Shown here one piece after another: positions 10,317 to 20,210 of a stretch of 64,000 nucleotides of DNA. Numbering within the stretch: the stretch's first letter is position 1; each line of letters starts with the position of its first letter. Origin of the DNA: an uncultured Desulfosarcina sp. (lineage in GTDB: Bacteria > Desulfobacterota > Desulfobacteria > Desulfobacterales > Desulfosarcinaceae); the NCBI GenBank assembly GCA_963674945.2, contig CAXXWQ010000004.1:3200001-3264000 (forward strand), written 5' to 3'. Below the pieces are notes generated by a model, which had not been told where the DNA came from, made no database searches, and saw only the letters and a list, made by a program, of their open reading frames with translations. The translations under genes and the position numbers were made by a program.

Positions 10317-11036
10317 TCAAGGGGATTTTTCGAGCAGTTCGAGTCCTGCCTGGGCAGCGGCCTGCTCGGCCATCTTTTTGTTTTTTCCATCGCCTTCGGC
10401 AGCGATACCGGCCACGGTCAAGCGTACGGTGAATGTCTTGTCGTGGTCCGGCCCCTGTTCGCGGATTACCCGATACTGGGGAACTTGCCGATGGGTTGAC
10501 TGAACAACCTCTTGAAGCCTGCTTTTGTAGTCGGTTTCATAGCTTGCCTGTGTAATGGCTTTCAGCCGTTGGGAAAAGCGATTTCCCACGAATGCAAAAA
10601 CAGCGTCGAAACCACCATCCAGGTAAATTGCCGCGATCACCGCCTCTGTCGCATCGGCCAGAATGGAGTTTTTTTCCCTGCCGTCGGTGAGCGCTTCCCC
10701 CTTTCCCAAGAGCAGGTGAGGGCCGAGGCCGAGTTCCCGGGCGATGTCGGCCAATTGGGTTTCATTGACCAAATGTGCCCGGTTTCTGGAAAGATCGCCT
10801 TCGGATAGGTCCGGATACCGGATCATCAAAAGGTGGCTGATGGAAAGGTTCAGCACCGCGTCGCCTAAAAATTCGAGCCTCTCATTGCTGGTGATAGAAG
10901 ATTCCGGCTGCTCATTGACGAAAGAACTGTGGCGAAGGGCCGCGGTGAGCTTCTCCGGGTCCTTGAATCGGTATCCGAGCGCCTCTTCCAGTTGGCCGAG
11001 GTCCGGATTTTCCGTTATCGAAGTATCCGTGTTCAT
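10317..11036 (-). CDS. rnc: Ribonuclease III
   Basis: NERLEFLGDAVL signature; dsRBD DYKSRLQE...GPDHDKTF. Confidence 0.97.
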   Translation of the reverse strand: MNTDTSITENPDLGQLEEALGYRFKDPEKLTAALRHSSFVNEQPESSITSNERLEFLGDAVLNLSISHLLMIRYPDLSEGDLSRNRAHLVNETQLADIARELGLGPHLLLGKGEALTDGREKNSILADATEAVIAAIYLDGGFDAVFAFVGNRFSQRLKAITQASYETDYKSRLQEVVQSTHRQVPQYRVIREQGPDHDKTFTVRLTVAGIAAEGDGKNKKMAEQAAAQAGLELLEKSP

Positions 11037-11923
11037 CGTTTCAGCCGTGCTATCAGGGATTCATACAGGTGATAGGGTACATGAAAACTGCCGTTTCCAA
11101 CCCCCATCTCAAGGTTCGGGGTCACGGCACCGTGAAAGTCGGTTCCTCCCGTGATCAACAGGTCATGTTTTCGGGCAAGAAGACAGTATTCCTCGGTGGC
11201 CCATTGGGGGTGGTCTGGATAGATGGCCTCGATTCCCTTCAGTCCCTTGGATTGGAGGTCCAAAATGAAGTTCTCGCGGACTTTCGCATCCTTCAATCCG
11301 TTTACATGGGGATGGGCCAACACGGCAATACCGCCGGCCCCATTGATGGCATCGATGGTGTCGGTCATGGGGATTCGGTACTTTTGCACATAGGCGGGTT
11401 TGTTTTTTCCCAAGAATCGATCGAATGCATCGTCGATGGATGTCACCATCTTTTTTTCCATCATTAACCGGGCAATGTGGGGACGGCCGACCATGGCACT
11501 GCCCACGATACGGGAAAGCTCCCTCTCCTCGAGGACCATACCCAAGGCTTTGAGCCGCTTTATGATCTTCGGCGTTCTCTCTTCTCTGGCCTGTTGCGCA
11601 ATCTGCAAAACGTCCAGCAGGCCCGGATTGGAAGGATCGATGCCGTATCCGAGAACATGAACGCTCCCGTTCAGCGGATACCCGTCAGGGGCGGCAGCAC
11701 TGATTTCGATTCCGGTCAAAAACTCGAGTGAAGGGGGAATGCCCCTGGCCAGGGCGTCTTCGGAACCCGAAAGGGTATCATGGTCGGTGATGGCGATGGC
11801 TTTCAGGCCAAGCGTTACCGCCTTCACCAGAATCTCGGATGGTGTCAGTGTGCCGTCAGAGGCCGTTGAGTGGATATGCAGATCGATGCCGGCAGAGGAT
11901 TCAGATGCCAAGGGCTTTTTCAA
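11033..11923 (-). CDS. PHP-domain phosphoesterase (TrpH/YciV-like)
   Basis: DLHIHSTASDG, AITDHDT, HVLGY, GRPHIA, LAHP, GGTDFHG; start uncertain. Confidence 0.9.
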   Translation of the reverse strand: MKKPLASESSAGIDLHIHSTASDGTLTPSEILVKAVTLGLKAIAITDHDTLSGSEDALARGIPPSLEFLTGIEISAAAPDGYPLNGSVHVLGYGIDPSNPGLLDVLQIAQQAREERTPKIIKRLKALGMVLEERELSRIVGSAMVGRPHIARLMMEKKMVTSIDDAFDRFLGKNKPAYVQKYRIPMTDTIDAINGAGGIAVLAHPHVNGLKDAKVRENFILDLQSKGLKGIEAIYPDHPQWATEEYCLLARKHDLLITGGTDFHGAVTPNLEMGVGNGSFHVPYHLYESLIARLKR

Positions 11924-12263
11924 AAGCCTCCTCTTTGGTTTTGCATTCGATACACTGGGTGGTGACCGGCCTTGCCTTGAGCCGCTCTATGGAGATATCA
12001 TCGCCACATTTTTCGCAGATGCCGAAGGTACCGTTTTCGATTCGTTCCAGTGCTTTTTTTACCTTCTTGATCAGCTTGTGCTCGCGGTCTCGAATCCGCA
12101 ACATGAAGTTGCGATCGGATTCCAGTGTCGCCCGGTCCGTGGGATCCGGAAAGTTTTCCTTTTGTTCCGTCATCCCGGAAACGGTTTGGTCCGCATGACT
12201 CAACAATTCCTGCAGCCGCTTGTGGAGGAGCTCTTCAAAAAATTTGATCTCTTTTTTATCCAT
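11901..12263 (-). CDS. dksA: RNA polymerase-binding protein DksA
   Basis: PDPTDRA coiled-coil tip; CEKC...CIEC zinc finger. Confidence 0.95.
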   Translation of the reverse strand: MDKKEIKFFEELLHKRLQELLSHADQTVSGMTEQKENFPDPTDRATLESDRNFMLRIRDREHKLIKKVKKALERIENGTFGICEKCGDDISIERLKARPVTTQCIECKTKEEAFEKALGI

Positions 12264-12361
12264 CGCTCAATCCTGTGCAAAGTGAAAATATCTCTATTTC
12301 TAACAAAGAATGAAAGTTAACACATGGTTGGAGGCATGTAAAGGGGTATTGTATCATTATA

Positions 12362-12399
12362 CCGTGCCGCCACAATGGACAATAAATGTGGCGGCACGG
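12362..12399. terminator. Stem-loop downstream of fabD (possible terminator)
   Basis: CCGTGCCGCCACA / TGTGGCGGCACGG perfect 13-bp inverted repeat; no clear U-tract. Confidence 0.5.
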
Positions 12400-12416
12400 A
12401 GATCTTTCATTCAGGA

Positions 12417-13349
12417 TCACCGGGAAACCAGCGATTCCAGTGATTTCATATCACTGACATTGAAAACGGAGTATTCGTAGTCAACAGGTACGATCTTCTT
12501 CAGCAGGCCCGCAAGCACTTTTCCCGGCCCCACTTCCACGAACATGTCGACCCGCTCTTCGACGAATCGGCATACGGTATCGAACCATTTGACCGGGCTG
12601 CAAAGCTGCAACGCCATGAGCCTGCGGATTTCATTTCCATCTTCACAGCCATCGGCGGTCACGTTGTGGATGACGGTGCGGGTCGGGGAATTGAACGCAA
12701 CGCCGCCTAAAAAGTCCGTGAACTCCGCCTCGGCACCCCGGATCAGATCGCTGTGCCAGGCACCGCTCACCTTCAGGGGAATGGCCCGGGCCCCCTTTGA
12801 TTTGGCTGCGGCGGACACGGCACCCACCGCATCCGGAGAACCGGTAATGACGATCTGCGTTTCGGCATTGTGATTGGCAACGGAAACCACGCCTTCTTCC
12901 TGTCCCTCCTCTACCAGGGCCGTTACGGCGGACATGTCCAGTCCGATGATGGCACTCATGGCGCCTTTGTGTTTCAACGATTCCCGATGCATCAGTTCGC
13001 CCCGTTTGAAAACCAAACGAAGGGTGTCGGCCATGGAAATCACGCCGGCGGACCGCAGGGCGCAATATTCTCCCAGGCTGTGACCGGCGGAAAACGCGCA
13101 GGCAACACCCGTTTGATCGATGGCGGCCAGGACTGCGAGGTTAACGGCGGTAATGGCCGGTTGAAGGTTCACGGTTTCGGTAAGCGTCTCCATGGGACCT
13201 TTGAAACAATAGCGGGATATGGGCGCACCGGCGATATCATCGGCGGCATCGAAAATCTCCCTGACGAAGTCGTATTCCTGAAACAGGTCCTGTCCCATCC
13301 CGACCGATTGAGAACCCTGGCCGGGAAACAAAAATGCAATTTTTTTCAA
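12417..13349 (-). CDS. fabD: Malonyl-CoA:ACP transacylase
   Basis: FPGQGSQ, AGHSLGEY, VSGAWHS, EVGPGKVL. Confidence 0.96.
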   Translation of the reverse strand: MKKIAFLFPGQGSQSVGMGQDLFQEYDFVREIFDAADDIAGAPISRYCFKGPMETLTETVNLQPAITAVNLAVLAAIDQTGVACAFSAGHSLGEYCALRSAGVISMADTLRLVFKRGELMHRESLKHKGAMSAIIGLDMSAVTALVEEGQEEGVVSVANHNAETQIVITGSPDAVGAVSAAAKSKGARAIPLKVSGAWHSDLIRGAEAEFTDFLGGVAFNSPTRTVIHNVTADGCEDGNEIRRLMALQLCSPVKWFDTVCRFVEERVDMFVEVGPGKVLAGLLKKIVPVDYEYSVFNVSDMKSLESLVSR

Positions 13350-13513
13350 TGTGTCTCCTCCATTTCCAATAGGTCTGCCCGTATGATCTTCTAAGGAATT
13401 CGTTCATTAGTACAAATAAAAAGCTTTTCCCTCATTTTCGCCTATCGGCAAAAGTTAATAAAACGAGTTTCTTGCATGTGATTGTTTGGCCATACGTGGC
13501 CTGGAAAAGCTTT

Positions 13514-14842
13514 TTACAGCTTGAAAAGTTTCCGTGTCATCTCCAGTGAGACACGCTTATCTCCCCGGCATCCGTTTTTCTTCAGGAAACTGGTGGGGTC
13601 GTGGAGAATTTTATTCACCAACGCGCCGGTCATTCGCTCGATGGCACGTTTGTCCGATTCGGAAAGATGACCCAGGGAGACCAGGGTTTTTTCCAGTTCC
13701 CGTCTGGCCAGATCCTCCACCTTCGAACGCAGCGAAACGATGGTCGGAACGACTTCGAGGGTTTCGTACCATTTGCGGAAACCGATGACCGCTTCGTCGA
13801 TGATCCGCTGTGCCTTGATGGCCTCGCGGTTTCGGTCTTCCACGTTTTCATCCACGATTCCTTTCAGATCGTCGATGTCGTATACATAGGCATTGCTGAG
13901 TCGGTTGATGGCCGGATCGATGTCCCTGGGCACGGCGATGTCGATGAAAAAGAGACTGCGATTGCGTCGGCTTTTCATGGCCTCTTTGACCTGTCCCTTT
14001 TCCAGAACGAATTGGCTGGCACCGGTGGAACTGATGACGATGTCCACTTTTTTCAAGGCTTCCGGGATCTCTTCGAATTTGATCGCCTCGCCGGAAAAGC
14101 GATTTGCCAATTCCACACCACGGGCAAAGGTACGGTTGGCCACCGTGATGGCACCGGCCCGGTTGCGGATCAGGTGCTCGACGGCCAGTTCGGCCATCTC
14201 TCCCGCACCCACCAACATCACCTGCTTTCCGAAAATGTCCCCGAAGATCTTCTTTGCCAATTCGATGGCGGCATAACTGATGCTTACCGCATGGTCACCG
14301 ATGCCAGTCTCCGTTCGGACCTTTTTGGCCACGAAAAAGGTTCGGTGAAGCAGTTTGTTAAGTATGACGCCGGAGGTCTTCTCCTCCGTCGCCCTGCGAT
14401 AGGCCGCCTTCATCTGGCCGAGGATCTGGGGCTCTCCCACCACCATGGAATCCAGACTGGCCGCCACCGTGAAAACGTGTCGCACGGCCTCGTCTCCCGT
14501 GTACTGGTAGAGGGCATCTTCAAACCGGGACAAGGGGATTTTTTTGAAGTCGGAGATGAATTCTTTCGCCAGGGGAAGGGCCGTCTCCTGATTTTCCACG
14601 GCCATGAGCAGTTCGACGCGATTGCAGGTGGAAAAGAGGACGGATTCGTCGATGGCCGGCATGTCCCGGAGTGCGACCAAGGCCCGATCGGCCTCCTCCG
14701 GGGTAAAGGCGATACACTCCCGCACATCGACAGAGGCGGTTTTATGGTTCATTCCGAGCAGTAGGATGTCACGCATGGTTTTCGATTGGTTGTCGGTCCG
14801 GCACCTTTCGGCGTCGGCGGTTTTCGGGGCCGATTGCATCAT
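13514..14842 (-). CDS. hemA: Glutamyl-tRNA reductase (alternative start 14776)
   Basis: GMNHKTA, STCNRVE, SLDSMVVGEPQILGQ, GAGEM, DIAVPRDI. Confidence 0.97.
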   Translation of the reverse strand: MMQSAPKTADAERCRTDNQSKTMRDILLLGMNHKTASVDVRECIAFTPEEADRALVALRDMPAIDESVLFSTCNRVELLMAVENQETALPLAKEFISDFKKIPLSRFEDALYQYTGDEAVRHVFTVAASLDSMVVGEPQILGQMKAAYRRATEEKTSGVILNKLLHRTFFVAKKVRTETGIGDHAVSISYAAIELAKKIFGDIFGKQVMLVGAGEMAELAVEHLIRNRAGAITVANRTFARGVELANRFSGEAIKFEEIPEALKKVDIVISSTGASQFVLEKGQVKEAMKSRRNRSLFFIDIAVPRDIDPAINRLSNAYVYDIDDLKGIVDENVEDRNREAIKAQRIIDEAVIGFRKWYETLEVVPTIVSLRSKVEDLARRELEKTLVSLGHLSESDKRAIERMTGALVNKILHDPTSFLKKNGCRGDKRVSLEMTRKLFKL

Positions 14843-15664
14843 CTATAACGCCGTGAAGGTGCCATGGTGGCCCTGAAGTAAAAAGTTCACACCCAAAAAG
14901 GTGAACAGCAAGACGCCGAATCCGATGATGGCCATGATGGCCGCCCGTCTTCCCCGCCAGCCAACGGCGAGCCGTTCATGGAGAAGTGCCGCGTAAAACA
15001 GCCAGGTGATGGCGGACCATACCTCCTTGGGATCCCACCCCCAGAATCTCCCCCAGACAGCTTTTGCGTATATCATGCCGGTAATCAAACCGATGGTTGT
15101 CATGGAAAAACCCACCACGATGCAGGCATAACCGGTGACGTCCAACAGATCCAGTGCCGGCAGTCGGGAGAAAAAGAACCCCCGGATTTTCCTTTTGATG
15201 GCTCTTTCCTGCAAAAGGTACAAAAGGCCGAGTCCGCAGGCCAGGGCAAAGGCGGCGTTTCCCAAGAAGATCGTCACGATATGGGCGGCGAGCCACCAGC
15301 TTTTAAACAGTTGCGGGGTCTGGGATACCGATTTGGGCATCTGATATGCTGCAATCATGGTCAAACTGATGAGCGGTGCGGCGTATATCCCCAAGATTTT
15401 CAGCCGATACACGAAAAAAAAGCCCAAAAACACGGCCGTGATGGCCCATGCGGTGACCGAAAGGGTCTCGTGAAGGTTGCTGATGGGGAAGGTTCCTGCC
15501 CGGATGCCGCCGATCACCAGTGAAGCCGTGTGGACGATGAATCCAGCCAGCATCAAACCGGCGGCGATTCGCTGGATGGCGTCTTTTTGAAAAAAAAGAA
15601 ACCCGAAATAGCAGGCGCAACTGAACAGATAGACGATGGTCGCGAGGATGAAGACGGGTTCCAT
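14843..15664 (-). CDS. ccsA: Cytochrome c biogenesis CcsA/HemX-like membrane protein
   Basis: WGRFWGWDPKE WWD motif, conserved His, multiple TM helices; between sirC and hemA. Confidence 0.88.
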   Translation of the reverse strand: MEPVFILATIVYLFSCACYFGFLFFQKDAIQRIAAGLMLAGFIVHTASLVIGGIRAGTFPISNLHETLSVTAWAITAVFLGFFFVYRLKILGIYAAPLISLTMIAAYQMPKSVSQTPQLFKSWWLAAHIVTIFLGNAAFALACGLGLLYLLQERAIKRKIRGFFFSRLPALDLLDVTGYACIVVGFSMTTIGLITGMIYAKAVWGRFWGWDPKEVWSAITWLFYAALLHERLAVGWRGRRAAIMAIIGFGVLLFTFLGVNFLLQGHHGTFTAL

Positions 15665-15665
15665 G

Positions 15666-16343
15666 TTACTCCCCGGGCCTTGTGCCGGACGGCATCAATT
15701 GATCGTATCGGTAGCCGGGCCCCAACACTTCTTCCAGCAATCCATCAATGCGATGGATATCCCTTTTTTTCACCAGTCCGAGCAGGTCTTCGGCGATGAG
15801 CCGTTCGAACAAGGGTTTGTGCACTTCGGGATCATGGGCCGTGGCTAGCAATCGGATTCGGATGGCCCCCATCAGATCCAGAAGGACTCCATATTCCGGG
15901 CCGAACTGTGTCTCCAGCCGTTGCCTGATGTGTTTGGCAAAGGCGGGGCTCTTTCCGGCCGTTGAGATCGCCATCACGAAATCACCCCGACGAACGATGG
16001 CCGGCAAAGTGAAATTACATATCTCGGGGCGGTCGGCGATGTTGCACAGGATGTTTCCTGATTCGGCGTCGGCGCTGATCCGGCGATTCAATTGTTCATC
16101 GTCGGTGGCGCCGATCACCAGAAACATACCCGTGACATCCGCTGACCGGTAGGCACGTCGTTTCAGTTCGATGGTCCGGTCCGATGCCAGCGCTTCCACT
16201 GCAGGCGTGACCGCCGGGCTCACGACCGTCACCAGCGCCCCGCATTGTACCAGGGTCGTCACCTTTCGTGCCCCCACCCGCCCGCCACCGACCACAAGAC
16301 AGGGGCGATTGCGAATGTCGAGGTTTACCGGATAGTATCGCAT
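15666..16343 (-). CDS. Precorrin-2 dehydrogenase / sirohydrochlorin ferrochelatase (SirC/Met8-like)
   Basis: YPVNL...LVVGGGRVGARK, NIADRPEICNFTLP, AISTAGKSP. Confidence 0.93.
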   Translation of the reverse strand: MRYYPVNLDIRNRPCLVVGGGRVGARKVTTLVQCGALVTVVSPAVTPAVEALASDRTIELKRRAYRSADVTGMFLVIGATDDEQLNRRISADAESGNILCNIADRPEICNFTLPAIVRRGDFVMAISTAGKSPAFAKHIRQRLETQFGPEYGVLLDLMGAIRIRLLATAHDPEVHKPLFERLIAEDLLGLVKKRDIHRIDGLLEEVLGPGYRYDQLMPSGTRPGE

Positions 16344-16368
16344 AGAGCGGGTTCGTCTTCACACAGGG

Positions 16369-17139
16369 TTATAATTCGAAGGTCAATAGATCCTTTGCCA
16401 GTACAATCGAACCATTATAGGTGTTTCGGCACTGTTTTTCAATATCGGCGTCATCGCATGCGGGATAAAAATGGGTCAGCACCAATTTTCTGACCGACGC
16501 TGTCTGGGCGATTGTCCCGGCCGCAGAGGGGGTCAGGTGGCCTTCGACTTTTTGTCCGTCGGGAAACGCCGATTCACAGATGAAAAGGTCTGCATCGGTG
16601 GCGAGACGGACCAGTTCCCGACAAACGTCGGTGTCCCCCGAGTAGACCATGGTCTTTTTGTCCGTATCGGTAATGCGAAAAGCCAGGCTTTCCGGTCTGT
16701 GGGCTACGGGGGCGCTGTCAACGGTAAAGGAAGGAAACCGGTGGCGGTCCGGTTTCTCGGTGTCGAGTTCCACAATCTCGAAACGGTCCGGTGGAAGGAC
16801 GATCCACTGGCCATAAACATCCTGCAAACGAGAGAAAAAAGCTTGAAACCCGTGGCCGGCGACGATGGTGATCGGCTGTTTTTGGAAAGAAGGTGCCGGA
16901 TATTTCAGGGCGAACAGAAACGAAGCCAGTTCGCCTACATGATCCGGATGAAAGTGGCTGATGAAAAGATGGGAGATGTCGAAGATGGAGACACCGGCCT
17001 CCAGCAATCGGCGCATCACACCGGGACCGCAGTCGAAGAGCATCTTGTTGCCCTCCGTTTGCATCAAAACAGCGCATGGGGAACGCTTCAGGGAGGGGAC
17101 GCAGGTCCCTGAGCCGAGTATCGTGATTTGACTGGTCAT
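16369..17139 (-). CDS. MBL-fold metallo-hydrolase (RNase Z-like)
   Basis: ISHFHPDH, YSGDT, GHLT, LVLTHFY. Confidence 0.9.
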   Translation of the reverse strand: MTSQITILGSGTCVPSLKRSPCAVLMQTEGNKMLFDCGPGVMRRLLEAGVSIFDISHLFISHFHPDHVGELASFLFALKYPAPSFQKQPITIVAGHGFQAFFSRLQDVYGQWIVLPPDRFEIVELDTEKPDRHRFPSFTVDSAPVAHRPESLAFRITDTDKKTMVYSGDTDVCRELVRLATDADLFICESAFPDGQKVEGHLTPSAAGTIAQTASVRKLVLTHFYPACDDADIEKQCRNTYNGSIVLAKDLLTFEL

Positions 17140-17429
17140 CGTCTCTTCCTTTCTACCGTGGTGAAAGACATGATGGTGACGGCCAAATCAGTTTTCGGGC
17201 CGTGTGTGGGACCATCATGGTACAGATAAAATAGACGACAATGAAAAAAAAATCGAGCGTCCAAATCACGATAAAAAGTGATTACATGGGAGCACTTTGC
17301 TTTTTTGCCGTCATCGTATGGCTTGGCGTCCGGATTATGGTGCTTGACACAATGCATCGAAATATTTATTAATGAATGCAGTTCAAGGGTTGTTGAACAT
17401 AAGAAAAAACTAACCATTATAATAATTTA

Positions 17430-17831
17430 ATGCCGATCACATCGGCTCTGGAGTGCATGGCCAATCCGGTCGCTGCCGTCTATGGTGCGGTTACAAAAGT
17501 CCCGCCATGCGCCTATTCGTTCCCGGCGGACCAAAAGCAAGCTCAATCAGAACGGAAACATTGGTTGTTCGATTTCAAAAAAAACAGGGATTGGGCCGAA
17601 AACCTGACGATTGTAACCCAGTTGGGTCTGACCATGGCCGGTTGCATCGTTTTTTGTTTTTTTTTAGGATACTTTCTGGACCGGTGGATCGGGTGGAACG
17701 GCGTGTTTACGACGATATTCATCTTACTCGGCGTCGCCGGAGGGGCAAATGTCTGCTACCGGCAGATCCTCGAAGTGACCGAACCGAAAAAGAAGGATGA
17801 TCCCCATGACCATAGCGGCACCCGTTCGTGA
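17430..17831 (+). CDS. AtpZ/AtpQ-like small membrane protein (start uncertain)
   Basis: QLGLTMAGCI...GYFLDRW two-TM pattern; first gene of atp cluster. Confidence 0.8.
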   Translation: MPITSALECMANPVAAVYGAVTKVPPCAYSFPADQKQAQSERKHWLFDFKKNRDWAENLTIVTQLGLTMAGCIVFCFFLGYFLDRWIGWNGVFTTIFILLGVAGGANVCYRQILEVTEPKKKDDPHDHSGTRS

Positions 17832-18195
17832 GATTCAAAAAAGTTATGGCACCAAAGCCATGGCCCTTGCCATCGGTGTCAGTATAATTTTTTTGATATT
17901 CGGGGAAAAAGCCATGTGTCGGGGATTGGTGCTCGGCGCGTTTTTCAGCGTCCTCAATTTCGTCCTGATGGCGCAGACACTGCACCTGAAAATAAAACCG
18001 GAACGCACCAAAGCATCCATTTCCGCCCTGGGCAATGTGTTTTTTCGATTTGCGTTCATGGCCATTCCGCTCTTTTTTGCCATTCAGTACCCCAGATTCG
18101 ATCTGATGACCACCATCGTCGGGCTATTTTCGGTTCAGACGGTTATATTGGTTGATCATCTTCTGCGTCACTATGTGTTTTCAAAAAGAAAGTGA
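17797..18195 (+). CDS. atpI: ATP synthase protein I
   Basis: Four hydrophobic helices, G...SVLNF motif, directly before subunit a. Confidence 0.8.
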   Translation: MIPMTIAAPVREIQKSYGTKAMALAIGVSIIFLIFGEKAMCRGLVLGAFFSVLNFVLMAQTLHLKIKPERTKASISALGNVFFRFAFMAIPLFFAIQYPRFDLMTTIVGLFSVQTVILVDHLLRHYVFSKRK

Positions 18196-18210
18196 TACGG
18201 TGCGAACGAA

Positions 18211-18885
18211 ATGGAAGAATTAGGGAAAGTCCACCAACTCATCGTTCCTTTTCTCGGCCGCAACATGGTGTTTAATTTGGACGCCATCATGTACACCTGG
18301 ATCGTCATGTTGCTGATCCTGGTGTTCGGCATTTTGAGTACGCGAAAAAGAGGCGTCATACCCAATCCATTCCAAATCTTCGGCGAGTTGTTTGTCACCA
18401 TTCTCTACGACCTGACCGAAGACGCGTTGGGAAAGGAGATGGGGAAGAAATACGCACCCTTGATCTGTGCGCTTTTCATGTTTCTTCTGCTATGCAACTG
18501 GATCGGCATCATTCCCCATCTGGAGGAGCCCACGAAGGACCTCAACACGCCCTTGAGTCTGGGTGTCATGGGATTTTGTATCGCCCACTATGTCGGTATC
18601 AAAACCAAGGGATTCAAGGCCTATATCAAAGAGTATTTCGAACCATTTTTCATCATGATGCCGCTGAATCTGATCGGTGAGCTGGCCAAAATCGTTTCCA
18701 TCTCTTTTCGTCTGTTCGGTAATATCATGGGCGGCGCCATCATCATTCTCGTCGTCTCGTATCTGACCTACAGCATTCTCTTACCACCTCTTTTAAACGC
18801 GTTTTTCGGCCTTTTTGTCGGTGCGATCCAGGCCTTTGTGTTTACCATGTTAACCGTAGTTTATATCTCAGTGCAGGCAAAGTAA
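18211..18885 (+). CDS. atpB: ATP synthase F0 subunit a
   Basis: PTKDLNT, SISFRLFGN with essential Arg, IQAFVFTMLTVVY. Confidence 0.96.
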   Translation: MEELGKVHQLIVPFLGRNMVFNLDAIMYTWIVMLLILVFGILSTRKRGVIPNPFQIFGELFVTILYDLTEDALGKEMGKKYAPLICALFMFLLLCNWIGIIPHLEEPTKDLNTPLSLGVMGFCIAHYVGIKTKGFKAYIKEYFEPFFIMMPLNLIGELAKIVSISFRLFGNIMGGAIIILVVSYLTYSILLPPLLNAFFGLFVGAIQAFVFTMLTVVYISVQAK

Positions 18886-18888
18886 TCC

Positions 18889-19863
18889 ATGGAAACAGAT
18901 ATTCAGACGTGGATCAGTGTGGCCGCCTATTCGGGGGCGGGAATAGCGATGGGATGCGGTGCTATCGGTGCGGCCATCGGTGAGGGATACACGGCGGCGC
19001 AAGCCAATTTCGCCATCTCTCGAAATCCGGAAATTGCCGGTGACATTTTCAAGTCCATGCTTGTGGGGCAGGCAATCGCCGAATCCGCTTCGATCTTCGC
19101 CCTGGTCGTCGCGATGATCTTGTTGTTTTCGACGTTCCCCGGAGATTCCTACGTCATGGCCTCGGTGGTCCTTTCCGCCGGGCTTTGCATGGGATTGGGC
19201 GCCATCGGTTCGGGTGTCGGGTCGGGCTTTCCTGCCGGTGCGGCCTGTATCGGTATGTCCCGGCAACCTGCAACCAGCGGTCGATTGACCACCAACATGT
19301 TGATCGGTTCAGCCGTTTGCCAGACACCATCCATTTTCGCATTGGTCACTTCGTTCATTCTGTTGTTTACCAATTTTTCGTCTCGTCCGGTCTCGCCGAC
19401 CTGGGCCGCTGTTCTCGGTGCCGGATTGGCATCGGGGTTGGGTGCCATCGGATCCGGCCTGGGCGGTGGGTTCGTTGCCGAAACCAGTTGCGAGGGGGTC
19501 GCCCGGCATCCGGAAATGGCGGGGCCGGTGACCAATGTCATGCTGTTGGGACAGGCGGTCACCCAAACGACGGCCATTTATGGCCTCCTGGTCAGCTTTA
19601 TCCTGATGTTCAAATCCTTTCCCGCAACCGATGCCCTCGCACCGCCCATGGCACTTTTGGGGGCCGGGTTGTGCATGGGAATCGGCGCCATCGGCCCCGG
19701 CGTGGGTGAGGGGCTTACGGCCAGATCAGCGGTGCAATGGATTGCGCGCAATCCAACGTCCATTGCCGAATTGACGCGTTCCATGCTGGTCGGCCAAGCC
19801 GTGGCGGAATCCACGGGAATCTATTCGCTGGTCATTGCATTGATACTCATATTTGTCATGTAA
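18889..19863 (+). CDS. atpE: Fused four-hairpin ATP synthase c subunit (324 aa, 8 TM)
   Basis: Four c repeats with loops RNP/RQP/RHP/RNP; carboxylate positions E65, Q145, Q226, E307. Confidence 0.93.
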   Translation: METDIQTWISVAAYSGAGIAMGCGAIGAAIGEGYTAAQANFAISRNPEIAGDIFKSMLVGQAIAESASIFALVVAMILLFSTFPGDSYVMASVVLSAGLCMGLGAIGSGVGSGFPAGAACIGMSRQPATSGRLTTNMLIGSAVCQTPSIFALVTSFILLFTNFSSRPVSPTWAAVLGAGLASGLGAIGSGLGGGFVAETSCEGVARHPEMAGPVTNVMLLGQAVTQTTAIYGLLVSFILMFKSFPATDALAPPMALLGAGLCMGIGAIGPGVGEGLTARSAVQWIARNPTSIAELTRSMLVGQAVAESTGIYSLVIALILIFVM

Positions 19864-19897
19864 GATATTACAAATTATTTGATAGAGGAGGAAGACC

Positions 19898-20146
19898 ATG
19901 GCAATTGAAGGTGCGGATATTATAAAAGCGGCGGCATTTCTCGGCGCAGGACTTTCCATGGGATTGGGTGCCATCGGACCCGGTGTCGGTGAGGGCATGG
20001 CTGCGGCAAAGGCGTGTGAAGCCATTGGACGAAATCCCCAGGAAGCGGGCCTGTTGACGCGAACCATGCTGGTGGGCCAGGCGGTTTCGGAATCGACGGG
20101 TATCTATTCGCTCGTTGTCGCCCTGCTTCTGCTCTTCGTGGTGTGA
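19898..20146 (+). CDS. atpE: ATP synthase F0 subunit c, Na+-type signature
   Basis: P28, E32, V63, E65, S66, T67, Y70 (GPGVGEG ... AVSESTGIY); strong SD GAGGAGG. Confidence 0.96.
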   Translation: MAIEGADIIKAAAFLGAGLSMGLGAIGPGVGEGMAAAKACEAIGRNPQEAGLLTRTMLVGQAVSESTGIYSLVVALLLLFVV

Positions 20147-20210
20147 ACGAATTCCCGATCACGCCTATGGAACCATGTCGTTTTTATCACGTTAGACGGA
20201 GCGATGAATC

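Noticed and set aside
13601..14764. 387-aa plus-strand ORF, and similar long ORFs at 57271-58398, 59626-60852 and 61504-62829
   Set aside because: Each is antisense to a well-supported gene (hemA, etfA, fusA, M48 protease).
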